DNA from: Acholeplasma laidlawii PG-8A
Lineage (GTDB): Bacteria > Bacillota_I > Bacilli_A > Acholeplasmatales > Acholeplasmataceae
Length of the DNA: 32,000 nucleotides
Assembly: GCF_000018785.1 (NCBI RefSeq)
Contig: NC_010163.1
Location: forward strand, 1,020,001 to 1,052,000
Direction: 5' to 3'
This document shows, piece after piece, positions 16,842 through 24,081 of the stretch. The notes under the pieces were generated by a model. It did no database searches. It saw only the letters and a program-made list of their open reading frames with translations, and had not been told where the DNA came from. Positions within the stretch are counted from its first letter, which is position 1. Every line of letters starts with the position of its first letter. The position numbers and the translations under genes are program-made.

Positions 16842-16861
16842 ATACGCATCCTCGTTTTATT

Positions 16862-16957
16862 AAAACAAAAACCAATTGCTTACCCTAGATAAGTGCAACT
16901 GGCTGCCTAATATATAGGCCCTATAGTTTTGCGTCATTAGGTTACCCTAATTTTGCC
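16862..16957 (-). promoter_or_regulatory. c-di-GMP-I (GEMM-I) riboswitch, proximal copy, with its own intrinsic terminator
   Basis: Minus strand reads GGCAAAAUUAGG-GUAA-CCUAAU-GACGCAAAACUAUAGG-GCCUA-UAUAU-UAGGC-AGCCAGUUGC. The terminator stem is CCAGUUGC (16895-16902) / GCAAUUGG (16872-16879), followed by UUUUUGUUUU. The terminator 5' arm overlaps the aptamer P2 3' strand. Confidence 0.8.
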
Positions 16958-16976
16958 AAAAACTTTACACATGCTT

Positions 16977-17004
16977 ATTTTAGCATATAGATTAAATTTG
17001 TCAA
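16977..17004 (-). promoter_or_regulatory. Sigma-A-type promoter driving the proximal riboswitch
   Basis: Minus strand has TTGACA (16999-17004), a 16-nt spacer and TAAAAT (16977-16982), about 20 nt upstream of the GGCAAA of the proximal aptamer. Confidence 0.5.
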
Positions 17005-17034
17005 CAAATTGTACTTAAAACGTCTTATAAAGCA

Positions 17035-17117
17035 ATAAAAACCAATTGCTATATAGCAACTGGCTATCCTAATTTGGACCCTGTAGTTTTGCGTCATTAA
17101 GTTACCCTAATTTTGCC
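17035..17117 (-). promoter_or_regulatory. c-di-GMP-I (GEMM-I) riboswitch, distal copy, with its own intrinsic terminator
   Basis: Minus strand reads GGCAAAAUUAGG-GUAA-CUUAAU-GACGCAAAACUACAGG-GUCC-AAAUUA-GGAU-AGCCAGUUGC. The terminator is CCAGUUGC (17056-17063) / loop UAUAUA / GCAAUUGG (17042-17049), followed by UUUUUAU. Confidence 0.8.
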
Positions 17118-17136
17118 TTTTTTATGATACGCTCAT

Positions 17137-17165
17137 ATTCTATCAAGTAATTTATTGCTTGTCAA
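17137..17165 (-). promoter_or_regulatory. Sigma-A-type promoter driving the distal riboswitch
   Basis: Minus strand has TTGACA (17160-17165), a 17-nt spacer and TAGAAT (17137-17142), about 20 nt upstream of the distal GGCAAA and just downstream of the stop of the GGDEF-EAL gene. Confidence 0.6.
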
Positions 17166-17184
17166 TAACTTTACATCATTATAT

Positions 17185-18585
17185 TTATTTTTCTAATTCT
17201 TTTCTAGCTTTTAAAAATTGGGTAGTATCAACAACATTCATTGGTTTAGTTAAATGATACCCTTGACCATAGTCTACACCTTTTAGAGTTAACATCTCTA
17301 CCATGGCTTGATCTTCAATACCTTCTGCAACAAGCATTAAAGACTTTTTCTTTACAAACTCAATAATCATATCTAAATACTTTCTAAAATTATAATTTTG
17401 TTCTAGTTTGAAGAAATCTTTGTTGAATTTAATCATGTCAATTTGGAATCTTTCAACCAAATCCATGACATCATAGTCAGTTGTAGATATATCTATAGCC
17501 AGTTTAAATCCCAGAGTTTTAATCTTTATTAGATTTCTTCTAAATACTTGATTATTCTTGTAAAGTGTAAAGTCAGGAATTTCTATTGCAATGTTTGATG
17601 CATCTTGACGATACTTTTCAACTAGTCGTTGAAAAATTGTAAATGTCATCTCATTTAAAATTTGTCTAGGTGAAACGTTAATATTAATTACAACATCATT
17701 AAGTCTTTGTTGACTTAAATCTACTAAGAGTTCAAGTGCTTGTTCAACTGCAATATTACCAATATCATCAAGTTCTCCTGTTTGCTCTGCAAGATGCAGG
17801 AACTTAGAAGGTGCTAATATCCCTTTTTTAGGATGATTCCATCGAAGTAATGCTTCTAGTCCATAAACTTTATTCATATCTTTTAAGTTGATGATAGGTT
17901 GATAATAATAAATGAACTCTTTATTATTTTTAGCATTTTTAAGTTCGTGAAATAAGTCTAAACTTTCTTTAGTTTGACTTAACTCCTCTGAATAATACTT
18001 AATGTCATTACCACCACTTCTTTTGACCATATAAAGAGCAATCTCAAGTGATTGGTATAATAAATCTAGATTTTCACCATGAAGCGGATAAGTAGCTATC
18101 GACATAGACACAGTTTTCTTTATTGTAACTTTGTCAAGAATTTGAATTTTCTTTTCTGCTTCTATCTTAATACTTTTTGCTAAATTATATATATTAGAGT
18201 GATCAAATGAAGCAGGTATATATAAATAGAAACGGTCAGGTTTTTCACCTCTAGCAATAACTGATTCTTCGGGTAGTGCACTATTAATGTGTTTTGAAAT
18301 ATAAGAAACGATAAATGTCTCTTCTTCTTTATTAAAAGTATCTACAATTTCTTGAAACTCATCTAAATCAACTAGCATTAAGGTAAAAGGATCATCTTTT
18401 TTCTTACGACGCTTAATAGCACGGTTAATCAATTGATTAAATACATCTATTGAAACAACCTCTTCAGATAATAGAAGTTTTTCATCTTTATATTTTCTAA
18501 TCTCAATTTTAAGTAAAAAGAATAAACCTATAATAAGGCCTATAATAACAACTACTATACCGAACATCAAAAGTATATCGGTCAT
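17185..18585 (-). CDS. Membrane-anchored GGDEF-EAL protein with degenerate GGDEF and partly degenerate EAL (possible c-di-GMP receptor)
   Basis: One N-terminal TM. The GGDEF position reads ARGEKPDRFYLYI. The EAL domain keeps EALLRW, NINVSPRQ, AEGIED and GQGYH, but has IAIEIPD and LAIDISTT where the metal-binding ELTE and DDFGTG motifs are expected. Confidence 0.8.
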   Translation of the reverse strand: MTDILLMFGIVVVIIGLIIGLFFLLKIEIRKYKDEKLLLSEEVVSIDVFNQLINRAIKRRKKKDDPFTLMLVDLDEFQEIVDTFNKEEETFIVSYISKHINSALPEESVIARGEKPDRFYLYIPASFDHSNIYNLAKSIKIEAEKKIQILDKVTIKKTVSMSIATYPLHGENLDLLYQSLEIALYMVKRSGGNDIKYYSEELSQTKESLDLFHELKNAKNNKEFIYYYQPIINLKDMNKVYGLEALLRWNHPKKGILAPSKFLHLAEQTGELDDIGNIAVEQALELLVDLSQQRLNDVVININVSPRQILNEMTFTIFQRLVEKYRQDASNIAIEIPDFTLYKNNQVFRRNLIKIKTLGFKLAIDISTTDYDVMDLVERFQIDMIKFNKDFFKLEQNYNFRKYLDMIIEFVKKKSLMLVAEGIEDQAMVEMLTLKGVDYGQGYHLTKPMNVVDTTQFLKARKELEK

Positions 18586-20987
18586 AAATTCACCTTCTTT
18601 TTTATAAACTCAAATGCTTCTTTTTCAGGAAGTGCTTGTGAAACATAAAAACCTTGAATAATAGCAGTTGATTCTTTCCTGATTTGTTCTACTTGTTTAT
18701 CAGTTTCTACCCCTTCAATAATAACACCCATTTTAAGATTCTTACCTAAAGCAATCATTGTTTTTAAAATTTGTCTTGCTTTACTAGATGTTTCAATTTC
18801 ATCAACAAATAATTTATCAATTTTTATGTTATCAATCGGTAGACGTTTAAGGTAGTTTAATGAAGAGTAGCCCGTACCAAAGTCATCAAGTTGGATTTTA
18901 AAATTAAGTTCTTTTAGTGCATTAAATTTTTCTACAATAACATCCATTTGTAAAATAAGTAGTGTTTCAGTAAGCTCAATTGCAATCCGACCTGGATCTA
19001 CTTGGTACTTATCTTTTAAAGCAATCAGTTCATTAATAAAACCAGGTTGAAGTAATTGTCTTGGTGAAATATTAAATGAAACATCAATATCCATACCTTC
19101 TAAAGACTTCGCTATTCTAAAGACCTTATCATTAATCACTCGCCCTAAGTCGATGATTAAATTAGATTTTTCTGCTTGTCTAATATAGGTTGCAGGAGAT
19201 TCTTTTATATATTTTGGATTATGCCAACGAAGCAGTAATTCAAAACCAACTACACGTTTTTCATGCAAGTCATATTGTGGTTGCATATACATTTGAAACT
19301 CATCGTTTTCTATACCTTTTCTAATATCTATTTCTAATTGGTTTGCTCTATTTCTTAAATCCAGATAGCGTTCTGTATATATCATTAAGTTATTTGTAGT
19401 AGATACGATTGCACGTTCATAAGTTACATCAACAGCATCTAGTATTTCTTTAGTTGATGCGTTAGTGATGGTACCTTTATTATGTACTATACCAATTAAT
19501 AGTTCTAACTTTACTGGTAAATCGGGTAATAAAATCTTTGTATCAACTAACTCCATCATTTGTTTTGCCCAACCAACGGTTACATCATAATTAACATCTT
19601 TTTGTTGAAGTATGACAAACTCATGTTTTTCGATATGGAATAAATACATATTTGGATACATCTTAGACTGAAATAATTCAATTAATACTTTATTTACTTC
19701 TTGTGACTTTTGACGTCCAATGGATTTAGAAATTTCATCAAAAGACTTAATACCTATGACAATCAAACTAAAGCGATCTTTTCTATTAAGCGTTTCTATC
19801 ATCTCTTCTAGTGCTAATTTATTTTTTAGTCCGCTATCTGGATGTGTTAAAGCTAAATCTTTATATTTATCTAATACATTTGAAGTACTATCAATAATTT
19901 CTCCTATGAGTTGATAGTTTCTTGCATACTTATTAACTAAAAATCTAACTCTTATTTTAGGGTCCAACTTATCACAATCCATATAAAATGGTTTATTTGT
20001 TTTCAATATGGTTGGCATATCTAACTTTTCACTGGTTAGATCAGTTAATAACTTAATTTCATGATGTTTTATTAGATTTAGAAATAATTTATTCATCTTA
20101 CGTATTTGACCTAAACCACCAGCTTCTATCATGATAAGATCAGATCTTAGTGTTTTAGTAATCTTTTCAAACACAATATCATCATCAAAACGTCTTTTGA
20201 CAACCATCAAACTAAATACTACAAAACTTGCAAGGATTAGTAGTCCTAGTGCTAGATAACTCCAAATAACTGGTACAAAAAGTACTAAATAGTCATATTG
20301 ATCATCAACACTTAAGTAAATATAATCACTATCTATTTTAGAATAAGATAATACATATGTTTTAGAATCAAGCGTATAATTTAAAAATCCAAACTCGTTT
20401 TGGCTTAACTTGGTATCTAAGTTGCTATAAACTGATGTCGGAAAATAGTTTGAGCCAAATAGGTTTGTGTTATTTACTGCATCATTCGAATGGTATTTAA
20501 CAATACCGTTAGAATTTAATACAAAACCTGTGTCACCAAAACTTAAACCCACCATTGCTAGCACTTCACTAAATGGTTTGTATGTTACTTGATTAAGTGT
20601 AGGATGCTTTAAGATTAGATAGGTTAGATTTGATGTTTCATCACTAAAGATATCAGATAATCGATTAATTTCATAATTGGATAGTTCACTTACAATTAAA
20701 GTGGATGGATCATAATCTTTTGTAGGCCATGTAAGCGTACCTGCACTATAACTTTCTGTTAACACATCGATTCTTGTGCTAAGTATGTCATATTCTATTT
20801 GGTGTGTTTCAAAAGAGATTCGATTAGCTTCATTTTTAAGGGTTGTGTCTAAGATGAAAATATAAAACAGGCTATATACAACAAGTAAAAAGCCTAAAAT
20901 GATAAATAATCTTAACATGAAGTTTTTAGTTGATTTCGTCAATTTATTCTCCCACCAGTTAAAAATAAATACTAATTTTATATTCAT
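18582..20987 (-). CDS. Sensor c-di-GMP phosphodiesterase: TM, extracytoplasmic domain of about 190 aa, TM, linker, degenerate GGDEF, intact EAL
   Basis: The EAL motifs are all present (FELLLRW, FNISPRQ, IAIELTET, QLDDFGTGYSSL, IKIDKLF, IIEGVET, IQGFY). The GGDEF position reads FHIEKHEFVIL. ATGA overlap with the downstream GGDEF-EAL gene. The start codon is uncertain because there is no clear RBS; Met24 is an alternative. Confidence 0.85.
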   Translation of the reverse strand: MNIKLVFIFNWWENKLTKSTKNFMLRLFIILGFLLVVYSLFYIFILDTTLKNEANRISFETHQIEYDILSTRIDVLTESYSAGTLTWPTKDYDPSTLIVSELSNYEINRLSDIFSDETSNLTYLILKHPTLNQVTYKPFSEVLAMVGLSFGDTGFVLNSNGIVKYHSNDAVNNTNLFGSNYFPTSVYSNLDTKLSQNEFGFLNYTLDSKTYVLSYSKIDSDYIYLSVDDQYDYLVLFVPVIWSYLALGLLILASFVVFSLMVVKRRFDDDIVFEKITKTLRSDLIMIEAGGLGQIRKMNKLFLNLIKHHEIKLLTDLTSEKLDMPTILKTNKPFYMDCDKLDPKIRVRFLVNKYARNYQLIGEIIDSTSNVLDKYKDLALTHPDSGLKNKLALEEMIETLNRKDRFSLIVIGIKSFDEISKSIGRQKSQEVNKVLIELFQSKMYPNMYLFHIEKHEFVILQQKDVNYDVTVGWAKQMMELVDTKILLPDLPVKLELLIGIVHNKGTITNASTKEILDAVDVTYERAIVSTTNNLMIYTERYLDLRNRANQLEIDIRKGIENDEFQMYMQPQYDLHEKRVVGFELLLRWHNPKYIKESPATYIRQAEKSNLIIDLGRVINDKVFRIAKSLEGMDIDVSFNISPRQLLQPGFINELIALKDKYQVDPGRIAIELTETLLILQMDVIVEKFNALKELNFKIQLDDFGTGYSSLNYLKRLPIDNIKIDKLFVDEIETSSKARQILKTMIALGKNLKMGVIIEGVETDKQVEQIRKESTAIIQGFYVSQALPEKEAFEFIKKKVNL

Positions 20988-21026
20988 TATACATGATTTT
21001 TGAAAAATCTTGATACACCCAATTAA

Positions 21027-21058
21027 AAACCATCTAAAATTATGATTTTAGATGGTTT
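21027..21058 (-). terminator. Intrinsic terminator after the NYN-domain gene
   Basis: Stem AAACCATCTAAAAT (21027-21040) / ATTTTAGATGGTTT (21045-21058) with a 4-nt loop. On the minus strand it is followed by UUUUAAUU. It lies 3 nt past the stop at 21062. Confidence 0.65.
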
Positions 21059-21061
21059 AAT

Positions 21062-21790
21062 TTACGAATGTTTAATTCGAATATATGCTACCTTATCTTC
21101 ATTCTTAACTTCGAAGTCTTTAAATGTTTTAAAGAAGTTTAAAGCTTTTAGTTTAGAACCATAGTTTACAGGGTCAAAACCAGGGCTTTTCTTTCTTAGT
21201 TGGTCAGCGACTATACTCCAGTACGCCCAACCATCGTCTTCTAAGTTATCTTCAATAATTTTTTTAACTTCTTTAATAATTGTTTCCTTCTTAGGGATTA
21301 AAGAATTGCCATTTTTGTCTTTACGTTCTTTTTTAGGTTCTAACGCTTCTAGAATTTGGTCGATGTAGTAAAAACGCTCATAAGAATTAACTAATACTTC
21401 TGGAGTTTTTGACTCACCCATACCAATTAGATACATATTATCTTCTTTTAATCTAATAATTAATTTCGTAAAGTCAGAATCACTTGAGACGATACAAAAT
21501 GCATTCACCTTATTAGAATAGAGAAGATCCATAGCATCAATAACTAACGTAAAGTCTGTAGCATTACCTTTGTTTGATAGGTTTGCATATTGTTGGACGA
21601 AGGTAAGGCTGAATTTTTCAGCCTTACTACGCCATGTTTTTAATCTTTCTTGACTCCAATCCCCATAAACTCGGGCATTGGTGATTTTTCCATGTTTGTT
21701 AGCTTCATTTATAATAATATCTAAATAAATTGGTGAGATATTATCTGCATCAATTAAGAGTGCAATCGTATAATCTCTATCTGTCCTCAT
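21062..21790 (-). CDS. NYN (LabA-like PIN-fold) domain protein with C-terminal OST-HTH/LOTUS-like domain
   Basis: IALLIDADNISPIYLD...ARVYGDW...FCIVSSDSDFTKLIIRLKE is the LabA/NYN signature. The C-terminal region of about 80 aa (GWAYWSIVADQLRKKSPGFDPVNYG) resembles OST-HTH. Confidence 0.75.
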   Translation of the reverse strand: MRTDRDYTIALLIDADNISPIYLDIIINEANKHGKITNARVYGDWSQERLKTWRSKAEKFSLTFVQQYANLSNKGNATDFTLVIDAMDLLYSNKVNAFCIVSSDSDFTKLIIRLKEDNMYLIGMGESKTPEVLVNSYERFYYIDQILEALEPKKERKDKNGNSLIPKKETIIKEVKKIIEDNLEDDGWAYWSIVADQLRKKSPGFDPVNYGSKLKALNFFKTFKDFEVKNEDKVAYIRIKHS

Positions 21791-22659
21791 CTATTTTGAC
21801 CTATAAAGAACAGTGCAAGTGTACCATGTCCTGCATGAGCACCAATAACTGGTCCTAATGTATTAATTAAAAGAAACTCAACATCAAAGTGTTCTTTTAT
21901 CATTTCAGCTAACTTATTTGCATCTTCAAGTGCATTTGCATGAGAGATGAATACTGTTTGTTTACCTGGTTTAGCAGTTTTTTGCATTTCCTCAAATAAG
22001 CCTTTAACTGCACGTTTACGTCCAATGGCTTTATGACGTGAGATGAGTTTCCCTTCATCTGAAACGTGTAGGATAGGTTTAATGTTTGCAACCGTTGCAA
22101 TAAAACCTGCAACTTTTGAAACACGCCCACCTCGTACTAAATGAGATATATCATCTACTGTAAACCAATGAGCAACCGTAGGTGCTAACTTACTTGCGAA
22201 TTCATAAGTTTCTTCAATGGTTAGTTTTTTATCCATCGACTCTTTTGCAGTTAAATAGACAATTAATCCTTCACCTAGTGAAGCTGCTTTAGTATCAAGT
22301 AGCATAATTTTTCTATCTTTAAATGTTTCTCTTAGTTCTTCTGCAGCAATTCTTGCGCTATTAAATGTACCTGATAATGCGGATGAGAATGCTAGAATTA
22401 AAACATCTTGTCCCGACTTTAAGATGGGTGTTAATTTTTCAACATACTCTTCAGGGTTTACCTGGGAAGTTGTTGGTTTTGCTCCATTTTTAAGTTTTTC
22501 AAAAAACTCTGTAGGGTCAAGTTCTCTATTATCTAAGTAGTTCATGTACTCTTTACCATCTAAATTAAATTTTAGCGGCATTACATGTAATTTTAGTTCT
22601 TGTGCGATATGTTCAGGTAAATCTGTTGTAGAGTCTGTTAAAATTATAAATTTTGACAT
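21787..22659 (-). CDS. degV: DegV family fatty-acid-binding protein
   Basis: IILTDSTTDLP start, PTTSQVNP, SSALSGTFNSA and GPVIGAHAGHG are canonical DegV motifs. Confidence 0.9.
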   Translation of the reverse strand: MSKFIILTDSTTDLPEHIAQELKLHVMPLKFNLDGKEYMNYLDNRELDPTEFFEKLKNGAKPTTSQVNPEEYVEKLTPILKSGQDVLILAFSSALSGTFNSARIAAEELRETFKDRKIMLLDTKAASLGEGLIVYLTAKESMDKKLTIEETYEFASKLAPTVAHWFTVDDISHLVRGGRVSKVAGFIATVANIKPILHVSDEGKLISRHKAIGRKRAVKGLFEEMQKTAKPGKQTVFISHANALEDANKLAEMIKEHFDVEFLLINTLGPVIGAHAGHGTLALFFIGQNR

Positions 22660-22661
22660 TT

Positions 22662-23321
22662 TTATACCTCTAATACTTTCATTTTAAAATCTTTCGGAAC
22701 TTTTTTTAAGGCTTCCATCAAATTGGGTTTTCTACAATCTAGATTATGACAATCACTAGCGACGATATCAACTAAACCCTTTTTGAAGTATTTTTGAGCT
22801 TGTTTTTTAAATTGTTTTCCATCTAAACCTAATATTGCTCCACTATTAACTTGAGTGATTGCCCCTAGTGATCTTATACGTTCTACATCAAACATATCTA
22901 GATATAAGTAGCGCTCAATGTGCGCTATAATTGGCGTAAATCCTTTTGCCACTAAGTTGTAAACAATATCGTGAATTGGTTCTTTATTTTGAACAGAAAA
23001 TTCTATTAATAGATATTTTTCTTTGAAACCTTGAAAAACAAAGTTATGATACTCTTTTGATTTTTCTTGATTAAATTTAACTTCATATCCTAAGTAAAGC
23101 GTCATTTCTGGTAAATCTACTTCAACACGTTTTTTCAAATCAGCAAATAGTTTAACATATTCTTTTGACGAAACTTTTTGGCTACTATTATGTACATGTG
23201 GTGTAATAATAACCTTATTAACACCACTTTGTAGTTGATGTTTTAATACTGCAAGTGCTTCTTCATATGTTTGTACACCATCATCTACACCAGGTAAAAT
23301 GTGTGTATGTATGTCCATCAT
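22662..23321 (-). CDS. ywqE: Manganese-dependent protein-tyrosine phosphatase (PHP family, CpsB/YwqE-like)
   Basis: MMDIHTHILPGVDDG start motif. SDCHN near the C-terminus. I trimmed the listed ORF (to 23420) to the ATG at 23319-23321, which lies 4 nt after the kinase stop and has an AAGGA RBS. Confidence 0.85.
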   Translation of the reverse strand: MMDIHTHILPGVDDGVQTYEEALAVLKHQLQSGVNKVIITPHVHNSSQKVSSKEYVKLFADLKKRVEVDLPEMTLYLGYEVKFNQEKSKEYHNFVFQGFKEKYLLIEFSVQNKEPIHDIVYNLVAKGFTPIIAHIERYLYLDMFDVERIRSLGAITQVNSGAILGLDGKQFKKQAQKYFKKGLVDIVASDCHNLDCRKPNLMEALKKVPKDFKMKVLEV

Positions 23322-23325
23322 ATGC

Positions 23326-24081
23326 TTATGATTTTTCCTTATCAAGATCATCTTGTAGTGATGAATTATATCCATAACCATAGCCATATGTATAAGATAA
23401 TAAATCACTATTTTTAACATCTACTTGTGTAAATGCTATCCCGATGATATTCACTTTGTTTTGTTTTAGAGTTTGGATTGCTTCATTAATTACTGTACGT
23501 TTCGTCTCGTTTTGAGCAACTATAAATAATACACCATCTGCTAATCTTGAAATATATAAGGCATCAGAAACTGCCATAGTTGGAGGTGAATCAAGTAAAA
23601 CGTAATCAAATTCCGTTCTTAATCTAGCAATTAAATCCTTTAATTTTTGTGCTTCTAAGACGTTTACAACTGCAGTTGTACGTTCACCAGCAACAATATA
23701 GTGAACACTAAACTTCTCAGAATAGTTTATTAATGTCTTGTAGTCGATTTTACCAGTTAAGTAGTCTGTTACACCATTTTCATTAGGTGATCTAAAAATT
23801 CTATTAATCTTAGGTTTTCTTAAATCTAAATCTACAATAACAACTTTTTTTCCTTTTTTACCAATTAAATGGGCAACGTTAGAAATAAATGTGGTTTTAC
23901 CAGCACCAGCTAGCGTTGAAGTAAATTGGACGACCTTAAAATTACCATCAACGTTGATATACTCTAAATTCACTAATGCCTTTTGGAAAGCTTCTGCAGT
24001 ATAAGACATAGGTGATTCATACGTTACTAAGTGATCATATTCAGCAATACGCTCTTTTTGAAATAATTTACGTCTTCTCAT
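23326..24081 (-). CDS. ywqD: Bacterial tyrosine kinase catalytic subunit (CpsD/YwqD-like BY-kinase)
   Basis: Walker A LAGAGKTT, A' VIVDLDLRKP, Walker B VLLDSPP, and a C-terminal tyrosine cluster YTYGYGYGYNSS. Confidence 0.9.
   Translation of the reverse strand: MRRRKLFQKERIAEYDHLVTYESPMSYTAEAFQKALVNLEYINVDGNFKVVQFTSTLAGAGKTTFISNVAHLIGKKGKKVVIVDLDLRKPKINRIFRSPNENGVTDYLTGKIDYKTLINYSEKFSVHYIVAGERTTAVVNVLEAQKLKDLIARLRTEFDYVLLDSPPTMAVSDALYISRLADGVLFIVAQNETKRTVINEAIQTLKQNKVNIIGIAFTQVDVKNSDLLSYTYGYGYGYNSSLQDDLDKEKS

Noticed and set aside
20988-21026. Promoter for the sensor phosphodiesterase using the perfect TATAAT that overlaps its annotated ATG
   Set aside because: No acceptable -35 element lies at 16-18 nt. 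Use of this -10 would place the TSS inside the annotated coding region. It is noted only as a reason why the start codon (Met1 versus Met24) is uncertain.
22662-23420. Longer form of the phosphatase ORF, starting at 23420
   Set aside because: The extra 33 codons overlap the 3' end of the BY-kinase gene in another frame and encode implausible sequence (MLKIVIYYLIHMAMVM...). The canonical DIHTHILPGVDDG motif follows the Met at 23321, which sits just after the kinase stop and has an RBS.
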